51,418 nucleotides of DNA, filler included, from Catajapyx aquilonaris (GCA_000934665.2; 2 parts of 2 records of this genome joined end to end with filler, not necessarily neighbours in it); one strand, 5' to 3'; shown: positions 23,442-34,900, counted from the whole stretch's first letter. The notes: a model not told the origin generated them from the letters alone. Program-made: numbers and translations.

Positions 23442-23852
23442 CACGGTCGAGGAGTGTGTGTGTATATATATACAGGTCTGGCAACTTGCCCGCTCTTATC
23501 GCGTGGATCCCACCTGCTCGCTGATCCACGAAGTGTATGCAGCGAAAATAATTATTACTATTATTCAGAACAAATTATGAGAACGTGGACATGAACAAGC
23601 CCCAGTGAAAAGGAACAAACGGACCATGCCTACTAGATTTGAATTGGCGGTTTGGGAGTCTTGGTCCGTCGTGATCTGCCACCAGATTCGCTGTGTGTCG
23701 CCTGTTAGTTTAAGTAACTAAAGGAACAGAACAAGTGCCGAAACTAAAGTAAAGAGGCAACCCACCTAACTACCGGTACTGATATGCCGCTCTAAGGTCA
23801 CAAGGGTCTGACAGGAAAACTTATATGAAAAAAACAGAGTTGCACTGGGGTG
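23442..23852. mobile_element. TIR-less CAC..GTG interspersed element, copy 1
   Basis: Colinear with 30700-31102 from CACGGTCGAGGAGTGTGTGT to TGGGGTG; flanks differ. Confidence 0.75.
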
Positions 23853-24155
23853 GTATATGAAACATTTCTTCAGATATGGATATGAGCTAGATCATGAAAT
23901 ATGCAGTACAATAAGTACCAACAACCGCAGGGTCATGCGGTGCATGAAGTCAGTCTTGATCACACATCTCCACCAGGATCACATTGATGCATATTCCTCC
24001 CTTCAAGGGCCCTTCATTTCTGGGAGACCAGTACTGTACTTCAGAACCAAGGGCAAGAGTGTTGCCGTTCCATTTGATTGCTTTGCATCCAACATGCATT
24101 TGCTTTGAAGATTTTTCTCTGTGAAATTCTAAATGCTTACTAATCTATGCATTGT

Positions 24156-24489
24156 GGGGAGGTGTAGTGGCCGAGATGGTAACGTCTCGGCTTGCTGAGT
24201 GGAAGGTCCCAAATTCGATCCCAGCCTAGGAGTTCCCATTCACCTGCAGTGGGAGGGTCCCTAACCCGCACCTTGGAGGTGTCTGGCAACCTGACCTCCT
24301 GGGGGACATTGCACCTGCACCTGTGTCCCCTCTCTGAAAATTTCTATATCCTTACCTAATGTCCTTGATTCCTTGCACCAGAGATTGAACTTAAACATAT
24401 CAGCAAACTGAAGGTGGTGTGCGACTCCCCAAAAAGGCCCATGGAGGCCTATCACGGGGTACAATTAAAATAATAATAATATAATAATC
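24156..24489 (+). mobile_element. tRNA-derived SINE family E
   Basis: GGGGAGGTGTAGTGGCCGAGATGG..TTCGATCCC head; tail GGCCCATGGAGGCCTATCACGGGGTA plus (AAT)n. Confidence 0.75.
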
Positions 24490-25072
24490 CCCCTATAATA
24501 ATAGCCTTGTCTGGAACGCTCCAGATGTTGCTGCCTGAAGAAGTAGTGCCGTGACGAAAAAGGTGCCGCCACCTTTTCGTCAGTACGGCACTAATTCTTC
24601 AGGCGGCCACTTTCCCTTCCCGCCAAAAGTCCTCACCGCCAACTATTTCCTTTCCCGGCAATACAGGTCTGCCAACTGATTCAATCTGAGCCTCAGAATA
24701 TTCAGAAAGCTGTCATAATTATACGCTGCTACTTTCTAACTATGCCGCCATCTTGGATCCGGATCTAGCATCTTTTATGATTTTCAGCGGATAGCTTAGC
24801 TTAGAGTAAACCATTGCGACTTATTTAGCGGCGTAGCATGAACCTCCCGGAGCAAGCAAACAAGATATCAGCGGTGGGATCAGCAGGGGATTGGAGGTTG
24901 GCAAAGCCACAATAACGTCCGTCTGCCTCCGCCGCCACAAGACGGACAGTACTGTAAATGTTGCGGACACGAAACCCACAATAATCGCCCAGCTCCGCTT
25001 CCTCTCCGCATTACCTAAAAAGATCCTGCAGGGCGACGAACCCTGCCTGGCCGGGCCACAACAGATGACAGT

Positions 25073-25341
25073 GGAGATAATGGATACCCTGTGATGAGCC
25101 TCCTTCAGCTTTTTAGGGGATCATCTTTTAATTGACCGACTTTAATCATTGCCTTTGCTGTGATGGATTTTGATTGCGAGAGGAAACGGGAGAACCCGCG
25201 AGAAAACCCACGCGAACACGGAGAGAACCCATCGAAACTATATCCACATAAGCATATACTCTGTCCGATCCGGGAATCGAACTCGGGACCTTAGAGGTGA
25301 AAGGCTGCGGCGCTAACCACTCCGCCACCGTGTCGCCCAAT
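25073..25341 (-). mobile_element. tRNA-derived SINE family B (V-domain-like core)
   Basis: Reverse strand GGGCGACACGGTGGCGGAGTGGTTAGCG..GAGTTCGATTCCC; TSD AACA(G/A)ATGACAGT; matches the 30060 copy. Confidence 0.82.
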
Positions 25342-25479
25342 AACAAATGACAGTATCATAAAGCCATACAGCATTATTACCTACACATCCCTCATGTTGC
25401 CCCGTCACTCAAATATATCCGTATCAGCTATTATTAGCCTTAATCATAGCCTGCTGGATCCGGATCCAAAAGTCTTATA

Positions 25480-25674
25480 CAGTAAAACTTCTATAAGTCG
25501 AACTTCCCTAAGTCGAAGAAAATGATGAGCTTGGTTGGTCACAATGTAAAATAATAGGAAATAAACTCCCCTAGCTCGAATTTCTACAACTCGAATTTCT
25601 CCATAACTCGAAGTGCAGGCACTGAAAAATTAATGCTGAAATGCTGAAAATGCATTGATATCCCATCGTAAGGC
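25480..25674. mobile_element. Tigger/pogo-type MITE, copy 2, truncated by gap
   Basis: TA|CAGTAAAACTTCTATAAGTCG; near-identical to 3992-4130. Confidence 0.85.
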
Positions 25675-25774
25675 NNNNNNNNNNNNNNNNNNNNNNNNNN
25701 NNNNNNNNNNNNNNNNNNTTAATTAATTAANNNNNNNNNNNNNNNNNNNNNNNNNNNNNNNNNNNNNNNNNNNN
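25675..25774. other. Artificial assembly spacer 44N-TTAATTAATTAA-44N
   Basis: Exactly 100 nt, symmetric N runs around a palindromic six-frame-stop linker; both flanks end inside repeats. Confidence 0.95.
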
Positions 25775-26344
25775 ACAACTCGCACGAAGAAAGGGACGAT
25801 CTGGTAGCGCCGCGCTGACTGCCAGTTCGGTAACCACGGCGACATCGTATGTTTACATCGTTGTAATAATTTATTAGCGCTCTATCTTATCCCCGTCGCC
25901 GTGGTTACCAAACTGGCAGTCAGCGCGGCGCTGCCAGATCGTCCCTTTCTTCGTGCGAGTTGTTATTGTTCATGGAGGGGGGTATTTTCGATACCAAAGT
26001 TTGGCCAAACCAAGACTGCCACACTCGTGCCCTTTCACACACTTACGGTAATTCGCCGTACAAAGGTCGTGACAGCCTCAAATTTCACTGGTACCGACAT
26101 GGAAAGAAGTTATTGCGGGTCAAAATAAAAAACTGTACCTGGCCGCGGCGGCCGCAAATATCGCCCCAGGAGAAAAATAAGCACACCATCTCAAAGTTCA
26201 ACTCTTTCGCGTCCATATACTCCAGTTTCATGCCGATACCTCCATATTTGCGGCCGTGACAGCGAGAGGAAGAAGTGTCAAACTCACGGGCCGGCCCGCG
26301 ACGGGCTACCCGCAACAATGAATAGCGTAGCCTAGAGCGCGCTC
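25775..26344. mobile_element. Sola3-like foldback element, right part (left end in gap)
   Basis: Ends CCTAGAGCGCGCTC|TTAA; colinear with the right arm of 27509-28472. Confidence 0.85.
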
Positions 26345-26385
26345 TTAAGGAGAGAGAGCACTCTTTGGGGATGAAAATAACACAT

Positions 26386-26560
26386 TCCGTGAAGCCTCAA
26401 CATAACGCTCTTCAAGGGACCACCCAAAAGTACCATTATAAGCGGGATAGCGTTATATGCGGAAAAATTTACCTCATGGGAATAATCAAGGGACTGGAAA
26501 AAAGGGGTGTTAAAAGAAGGAAAGTGTTATACACAGGAGCTTTAAATCAAGGCTTTACTG
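26386..26560. mobile_element. Degenerate Tigger-like MITE
   Basis: Right end AGGCTTTACTG|TA; decayed left end CCGTGAAGCCTC; internal AAGGGAC motifs. Confidence 0.45.
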
Positions 26561-27508
26561 TATTTGATGAGAGATGGATAATCTACTTTGCCACAAGTCT
26601 GTCATCATATTGTGTTGTGAACACATCACTACATTTACTGCACCAGAGCTTCTTTGTAAACAGGCTATTAGGATCGCCTTACTTAGGATCGCAGAACTTT
26701 TTGAACTGCAGCACCATCTGGAACATGCTCAAATCATCCAGCCCCCTACTTATTAAAAATGCAATCAACAATGGTATCTATGTACTTCACTTAACTCAGT
26801 ATGTGATTGACAGTTAACATCAAAGTGGCACATCCTTGTCATTCATTGTTCATAATATCGTTACCAACAATGAATAACACAAGGGTCAACCAGAGAGGCT
26901 CTCTAGGATCAACCACTCGTTCAACTCCTTTTAGCCTCACAATGTTGTCTGAGTATGGCTGTGCCAGTGATTTCCATCACTGGAATCACATAAGCTTAAG
27001 CAGCAATTCATGTCGAACGAAACACAACCCCACATACAGGAAGACAGAAAGGGAGAGCATGAGCGTATTATTGAAGCAATGGATATGATTTTAATTTCAA
27101 AATTCCCACCAGTGAATACTTCCTTGTGTAATATCCACCCTAGAGACAATGTGAAAATAATTTCCAAGTAGGCCTATTGTTTTCCTGCACACTTTTGCTT
27201 CTTTAGAAGTGACAAGTTCAGGTGGGATTGGATGAGGTCATATTAATAATAAACACAATAGCAAAACACAATAGCACATCCTTGCTAAAACAAGAGTAAC
27301 AAGGAATTGGACAGATGGCCTGAGTCTACGGGACATAGGGAGTTCGTGAGAAGCTATAGAAAGGAGCTTCTCAGCATCATGACCACGTCTGTCGTAGAAA
27401 TTGTACGTATTATATCAACCAAAAATTTACAAAAAAAAGAGTGGTTTGTGTCACACATCGGTTAAAATGTTAAATAAAAGGAGAAATCATCCTATTTGTC
27501 ACACTTAA

Positions 27509-28472
27509 GAGCGCGCTCTAGGCTACGCTGTTGCGGGAAGCCCGTCGCGGCCCGGCCAGTGAGTTTGACACTTCTTCCTCTCGCTGTCACGGTCGCAAAT
27601 ATGGAGGTATCGGCATGAAACTGGAGTATCTGGACGCAAAAGAGTTGCACTTTGAGATGGTGCGCTTATTTTTCTCCTGGGGCGATATCTGCGGCCGCCG
27701 CGGCCAGGTCCAGTTTTTTATTTTGACCCGCAATCACTCCTTTCCATGTCGGTACCTGTGAGATTCGAGCCCATGACAAGGTTTTACGCCGAATTACCGT
27801 AAGTGTGTGAAAGGGCAAGAGTGTGGCAGTCTTGGTTTGGCCAAACTTTGGGATGAAAAATACCCCCCTCCATGAACAATAAGAACTCGCAGGAAGAACG
27901 TGACGATCTGGCAGCGCCGCGCTGACTGCCAGTTCTGTAACCACGGCGACGGGGATAAGGTAGAGCGCCAATAAATTATTAGAACGATGTAAACAAGTCA
28001 AGGGTGGCACAGTCGCCGTGGTTACGGAACTGGCAGTCAGCACGGCGCCGCGGCAGCGCTGCCAGATCGTCGCGTTCTTCCTGCGAGTTCTTATTGTTCA
28101 TGGAGGGGGGTATTTTTCATCCCAAAGTTTGGCCAAACCAAGACCGCCACACTCGTGCCCTTTCACACACTTACGGTAATTCGGCGTAAAAACCTTGTCA
28201 TGGGCTCGAATCTCACAGATACCGACATGGAAAGGAGTGATCGCGGGTCAAAATAAAAAACTGTACCTGGCCGCAGCGGCCGCAAATATCGGCCCAGGAG
28301 AAAAATAAACGCACCATCTCAAAATGCAACTCTTTCGCGTCCAGATACTCCAGTTTCATGCCGATACCTCCATATTTGCGACCGTGACAGCGAGAGGAAG
28401 AAGTGTCAAACTCACGGGCCAGGCCGCGACGGGCTCCCCGCAACAATGGGTCGCGGAGCCTCGAGTGCGCTC
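27509..28472. mobile_element. Sola3-like foldback element with ~440-bp TIRs
   Basis: TTAA|GAGCGCGCTCTAGGCT ... AGCCTCGAGTGCGCTC|TTAA: GAG..CTC ends and TTAA TSD; mirror ORFs 27531(+) and 28213(-). Confidence 0.88.
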
Positions 28473-28944
28473 TTAAATAACTTACAATTTGTGTAAAAAT
28501 TTCCACGGTAATGCCAATTTGGATCCAGCCTAGGCTGAACACATATGGCATAGATTAGCAGTCTCCACAATTTTTGCTGTCACATAACCATTTTTGTCTG
28601 CAATACTTTGTGGTGCACTGTATTATGGTTAAAGGATTGTTTTGTCTAGAAAAGTGTATGTAGCACAAGTTTAGTGACGGTGTATGCTTCTGCTACTTTG
28701 CATGAGCTTAGTTCACATAGTGTGACAGTTGCATAATAAAAATTTGTATAAATTCTTCATGTTCTTCAGTTTTATAAGTACCCCTTCTCAAGAAAATTCT
28801 TCGCATGGTGGATGTGTAACGATCACCTTTCCCAGTCAACTACCTTGCTTAAAGGTTTTCCAAGAGAAAGTGCCTTACACACCCTCAACTGAAACACCGT
28901 ACAATCTCCCAAAACACATGCATACAAAGAATCCTGATACTGAC

Positions 28945-31900
28945 CTGCACCCTGGCTACCTCCAGCTCCATCATCCCCTGCATGTGATGGCCCTGGCTGC
29001 GCCTCACCCATCCCAATGCCTGCACTCCCCCCAACCAAGTCATCATCTGCCTCCATCAGGTCCCCACTGTCCATACCCCCAAGTCCATCTTTACTGTCCT
29101 CGTCATCCTGTACCACTTCCGACTTTGGCTCCAACAGTATTTGGGGATCATCATCTGACTCCACTGATCCACTGCCCCCTGCCCCACCACCACTCACACT
29201 TTTGTCCACATCCTCCGTTGACGTCACAGGTGTAATGGTAGCTGGTATGTTAGGAAGTGACACATCTGCCACTGGTGAGGTTGCATGTCCATCTTTGTCA
29301 ACATCAGCACTATCACCTGACCGCCTCCGAGGCCGCCTTCGTCGTTTTGGCAGAGGAGACACACTGCCTTCCCTGAGTCCTGGGCTTGCAACACATTCTA
29401 CTGACTTTGTCGCACTGTCTGTGATTGTTGTTGGGGTTGCCACTGCCGCTGGTGGTGGTGGTGCAGCAGGTGGGACAACTGATGTGACAACTGGCCGTTT
29501 CTCCTTTTTTTCACTACTTCCACTTCCCCCGTCCGCCAGCCCCTTGATTTTGAGGGACTCAGCTGTCTTTATAAGGGCAGATAGTTGCTCCTGAGACACA
29601 TTCACCTCTCCACGATACATATAATCAATCAGGGCTTTCAACTCCTCAAAGCGCACATCTTTCAAGATCACTATTGGATGCTTTTCTGTGTGTTGACTCA
29701 GAAGCTCCTATAAAAGAAGAAAGAGCTATGATTAGGTGCAATCAACATCAATGTATACACATATACATACATACACAGGGTGAGGAAACACTCGCACATA
29801 ATTGCCAGGTACTGGACAGGACAAGCAAAATTAATATATGGATATCATTTTCAGGTACATTGAATAATTTTTGCAGCAGTAACTTGGAAGCTTCATAACA
29901 TCGTGTTTGCCTCACCAGCAGCAAAGCCAGGTTGAGTCCCTTCACATAATTTGGCCTTGGGCCCATAACGTATTGTCTATGTACAGGTGGTGGTCAAATG
30001 TACAGGAGTAGGAAATCAGGTGCCATCCCCATGCGATGTTATCATCATTTACCTCATATAATAATGAATACCCCATGATAGGCCTCCTTGGGCCTCTTAG
30101 GGGATCATGTTTTATTTAACAGACTTGAATCATTTCCTGCACTGTGATGGATTTTGATTGTGGGAGGAAACAGGAGAACCCCGAGAAAACCCACGCGAAC
30201 ACGGAGAGAACCCATCGAAACGTTATCCACATAAGTATCCTCTGTCCGACCCGGGGATCAAACTCGAGACCTTAGAGGTGGAAGGCTGTGGTGCTAACCA
30301 CTCGGCCACCGTGTCGCCCTTCATTTACCTCATATGCTGATCATCTGACATGATTTAGCACTGTATTGTGCTACTGCTTTGTAATGCAACCAGACAGTAC
30401 TGTATAATATAATAATGCAGGTAGGGCTTGACCTCATTGCAAGGTATGTAGCACGGACATTTACTCTGTCCTTGTGTACACTCTACACTTTTGGAACCTT
30501 TTATGAAGCGCTCAGGTCTGTGGGCAGGGATGAGTGGGAGGGGAGGTGAAAGGTGCAGTGCAATGTCTCAGAGAGTCATTTTCCGAGTTCCCCTGGGCGG
30601 TTAGTCTCAAGGAATCCCACCTGAGACGAAGCCAGAGACGATCCAACTCTGCACAAGATGAAGGGGGGAATGCCTGGGTTTGGTGTCAAACCCAGGACCC
30701 ACGGTCGAGGAGTGTGTGTCTATATACGCAGGTCTGGCAACTTGCCCTCTTATTGCGTGAATCTTTAAGAGATGGCCTCTAATCCACTAAATCGAGGAGC
30801 GACACTACCCCGCTGCGCAAAAATTATAATAATTATTAGAACAGATCACGAGAACGTGGATGCAAACAGGTCCCAGTGCAAAGGAACGAATGGACCATGC
30901 CTACTAGATTTGAATTGGCGGTTTGGGAGTCTTGGTCCGCAGATTCGCTGTGTGCCGATTGTTGGATGAAGAACTGAAGGAACAGGCCAAGCACCGAAAC
31001 TAAAGCGAAGCAGCAACCAACATAACTACTGATATGCCATTCTCAGGTCACAGGGATCTGACGGGGAAACCTATGTGAAAAAAACGGAGTTTCAATGGGG
31101 TGCCAGGACCCTTCCATCAGTGAGCACGCAACAGCACCACTCCGCCTCCCCTAGTAGACGGTACTGTAACATTGGATGTGCCTCTGTCTTGATATACACT
31201 ATTTTATGCTGTAAGACAACAGTAGTGTGTCGTTCTTCTTGTATGCTTTCCACCCGATCATTTTGATTTTATTTGCTGTGACCTACTGACAGACATGGAG
31301 AGTTAGTAAACCATTGGACATACTACAGCATTTATAAGCCAAAGAGGTACTTGAAGAGTCACACTGAGAATGCAGAGACAGGCACACACATTCAAGTATT
31401 GCTTCCTTGACACACTGCAGCATAGAGTTTCACAATTAGGTTGTCAAGGTCACTGGGTTGTGTCGCGTACAACTCACTCACTCATTGAGACGTCCCTGTA
31501 CAAGAAAAAATCGAAAGGATTTAGGCCTGTGGACCTGGGGAGCCATGGCATTGAGCCTCCACGTACAAGGTCAGTGGTCACTGGTCACAATGTGTTCTGT
31601 CCAGTCACTGTCAGACATGTCTCCCACAGTGAGAGGGTGCACCACTGTGCTGGCTTTGCATCCTTCCCCATGCATCCAAGGAGAAAGCTTCCTGGTCAGA
31701 TGGCAGACTAATGTGTAGCCTGGTATCATGGGTGACATCATCGTTAGACCATACCTCCCCGTGAGACTTACTTTCGCCAACTACTTGTCATTCCTGAGAA
31801 GTGGGCTGGTGTTGTTGTTGGAAAACATCTCACTGGACATATGGGGAAAGTTGTGATTCCAGCACAATGGTGCACCCCCTCACTACTGGAGACATGACCA

Positions 31901-34900
31901 ACAGTGGTTAGACCGACGGTTAGACAGAACCCACTGTGACCAGTGGCCTTGAATATGGAGGTCCAGTGCCATGGCCCACCAAATCCCCAGACCTAAATCC
32001 ATTAGATTTTTTCTTGCACAGGGGGACCTCTCAATGCAATGATGTTCCTGACCCAACCCAATGACCTGCATGATGCAGTAGCAAAACTGATGCTTCATGC
32101 AGCATGTCCCTATCAATTAATGCAGCAATGTATCAAGGGAGCAATTCCTGACATGTAGGGGAGACTGGGACACTGCGGTTCACTTTTGAACATTCGAATT
32201 TTTATAAGAGATCCTAATAATAATAATAAATAATAAATAATAATAAATAATAATAATAATAATAATAACAATAAATAATAATAATAATAATAATTATTAT
32301 TATTATTATAACTGGGGTAGTGCTTTCACCCCCAACTGGGGGTATATCACACAGACCTTTATTTTTGTTATTATTATTGTATATACAGTAGCTGGTGCAG
32401 GGACAGGGTAGGGATAGGAGGGAGGGACACTGGTGCATGTGCAATGTCTCAAGTTGGGGGTCGTGTGCAGTCCCTCAGGGGGTCCGTTCGCCATAGATGG
32501 CCCCCTAGATGCGGGTCAGAAACCCCCGACTGACCCGCATCTCCTCCAGGACAGGGAAAGGAGGGAAGCGGCTGTGGCCTATATTATGGTACGATCCCGG
32601 AAATTATTCCTGGAGCGACCTTGGAAAACCACAGAAAACCAAGGTCAGGATCGCCGGCCTCCGGGGTTCGAACCCAGGACCTCCCGATTAGCAGTCGGAT
32701 ACCAAATCCCCTCCGCTACCACTGCTTCGGTATAAGAGACCCTATTATACCTACACACCCAATATTTTACGTCATGGAGGAGGTACTCATTGGTAATATA
32801 AGTGACTCCTATATTCACAAGCAGTGCCATCCCTTTGGCTGAATTTTTTTTAAGAAGCTGCCCTATGCAAATGGACCACTGTGCCCTGATACCTGAACTG
32901 ATGATGGATTTTTATAATGGGAGAAAATTGACAAACCCTTACAAGGGCAGGAGCTCAACTCTTTCCACATGAAAAAGTCCAACACCTGAGAATCAAATGC
33001 AGGACCTCAAAGGTGCAGGGTTGTATTCTTAAATCTTAACCCCTTGGAAATCCCCCTGTAGATAGTCAACTCCAGATAATAGCCTTGACTATATGCAACC
33101 CTCAGTTATAGCCGACTTGAAGTGCTGGTCCCAGCAAACTACCTATTTGGATATAGGAAATCACTGTTGTAGGATACTGATTTCCATGGTACCATGAAGT
33201 CTTTTACATCTGGAGTCGACTATACATAGGTGGTTCCAAGGAAACCTGGTCAGTCACCCCTATTCAGACAATACAAAATCTATAATATTAAAATCCTTGC
33301 AGGAATTGGCCAAGCCCTCTGATTGGTCCGCCACATATTGTTACCGCCACCTCCCCATTGGCCCGCATTCTACGTATGTGCCATGGGGTGTAAACAACTC
33401 CTCTGTTGAGTTGCTGGGGAAACTGTCCATTCCTTCTATTGTAGCCCAGTCAGCACTACTGTGAAGTTGTTTACAGAGTCAGTTCCCTTTATGGAACAAC
33501 AGACACAGGACACACATGTTCTCACTTCTCACTAATCGGGCCATTTGAAGACTGCTGGAGAGCTAACGTTACACCCTCCCCCAGCGCGCCCCCGATGATA
33601 TGGTGAGCCGAATAGGTAGGTACCCCAGGCCAAAGGCCTAGAAAAGAGCAAGCGAAGTAAATGGTTTTCTAGGCCTGCGCCCCAGGAAAATGCGAGCGGA
33701 GGGAGGGTTTTCCTAGTTATAATATAATTAGGCTTCGATGGAGTCTCATCAACTATATTTGATAAATCTCTGAACAGTTGCAGCACCAATAAAAATTCAA
33801 CAGTTGTCTCCCACCCACCAAGTTTGGGCCCAGGCTCAACTGCCACAAACGCAATTGTGTTCTCCATCAGTCTGCCGACAATCTGGGCAGGTTGGATGGG
33901 AAGTGCTATACCATGCACCCTACAGCTCTAACTTGGGGCCTGTTTTTGGTTTCAATCATGGATTATGGAGAGGGAGCCCAGTCTCTACACAAGCACTTCA
34001 CCCAATTCCAGAAAGTTGGAGAGACAAGAATTGGGGGTAATGTGGTTAGAGTTCTACTAAAACCCTGTCCAAGAAGCTAAACGCCGCTACACAAATTCGG
34101 CGGAAGGCTGAGCGGGCGGAAAACGTGCGATTGGGGCACGGAATGTAAGTGGTGGCAATTCACAAATTCGACGGTGACGCTGCAGGCGGAACCTGGTGCG
34201 GTGGGAATCGCTCAAGTCCATCCAGATGGACTTCAGCGATTACCACCGCACAGGTTCCGCACCCCAAACCACGCCCCCAAACGCACTCTTGCCGCCCGCT
34301 CAGCCTTCCGCCGAATTTGTGAAGCAGGCGTAAGGTGACAGCATTTGGAGAGAGGGAGGGGGGATTGACTAGAGCAGAGTGGAAAGCCTAGATGGGAAGA
34401 AGTAGGAAGATTCCATCATTGGCAACCCCAGGTGCAGCAGACAGCAAGAAAAGAAAAAGAGCTAGCAATGTGGTAAGGTGGGGGTGGGTATTAAAAGTTA
34501 CTTGCTCCTGTACTACTCGTACTAGTGTCTAGCAACAGCCTCTCGAGTCTAGGCAATCCAATTACAAATATTCTGTCCCGTCTCTAGCCCATTTTCATGA
34601 TACAGGGTGGAGAGCAAGGCTTTCAGAAGCCCCACCCTGTCCAACATCTCTCTGGAATCCTGGACTGACACCAATCCTACAATTGCCAGGTGTATAAATG
34701 TGGGTTGAAAGGGCACTGACTCGCCCACGATGCTGAATGAGATGAAGAGTGCTGCAGGGCATACACCATTGCTTACTGAAGCAATTTTACGGCAGGCATA
34801 TTAGACTAGTGGCCCAGCAGTGGGACAGGTGTTTCAGCTGACTTAAGACAGCAAACGTTAATTCCTTGCTTTCATTTGCCACCTCCCTCCATCCAGCATT

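Noticed and set aside
25719..25730. TTAATTAATTAA palindrome as a biological motif
   Set aside because: Centred in symmetric 44-N runs; a synthetic six-frame-stop linker.
26085..28551. Repeated ORFs with EFDTSSSRCHGRKYGGIG as a gene family
   Set aside because: They are the arms of the Sola3-like palindromes; no recognisable domain.
28823..28944. Read-through C-terminus of the lola ORF (QYQDSLY...DWER*)
   Set aside because: Follows a consensus donor CAG|GTCAGT and looks intronic; cannot be excluded as a minor retained isoform.
28729..29594. 168-aa and 192-aa plus-strand ORFs
   Set aside because: Antisense shadows of lola exon 2, low complexity.
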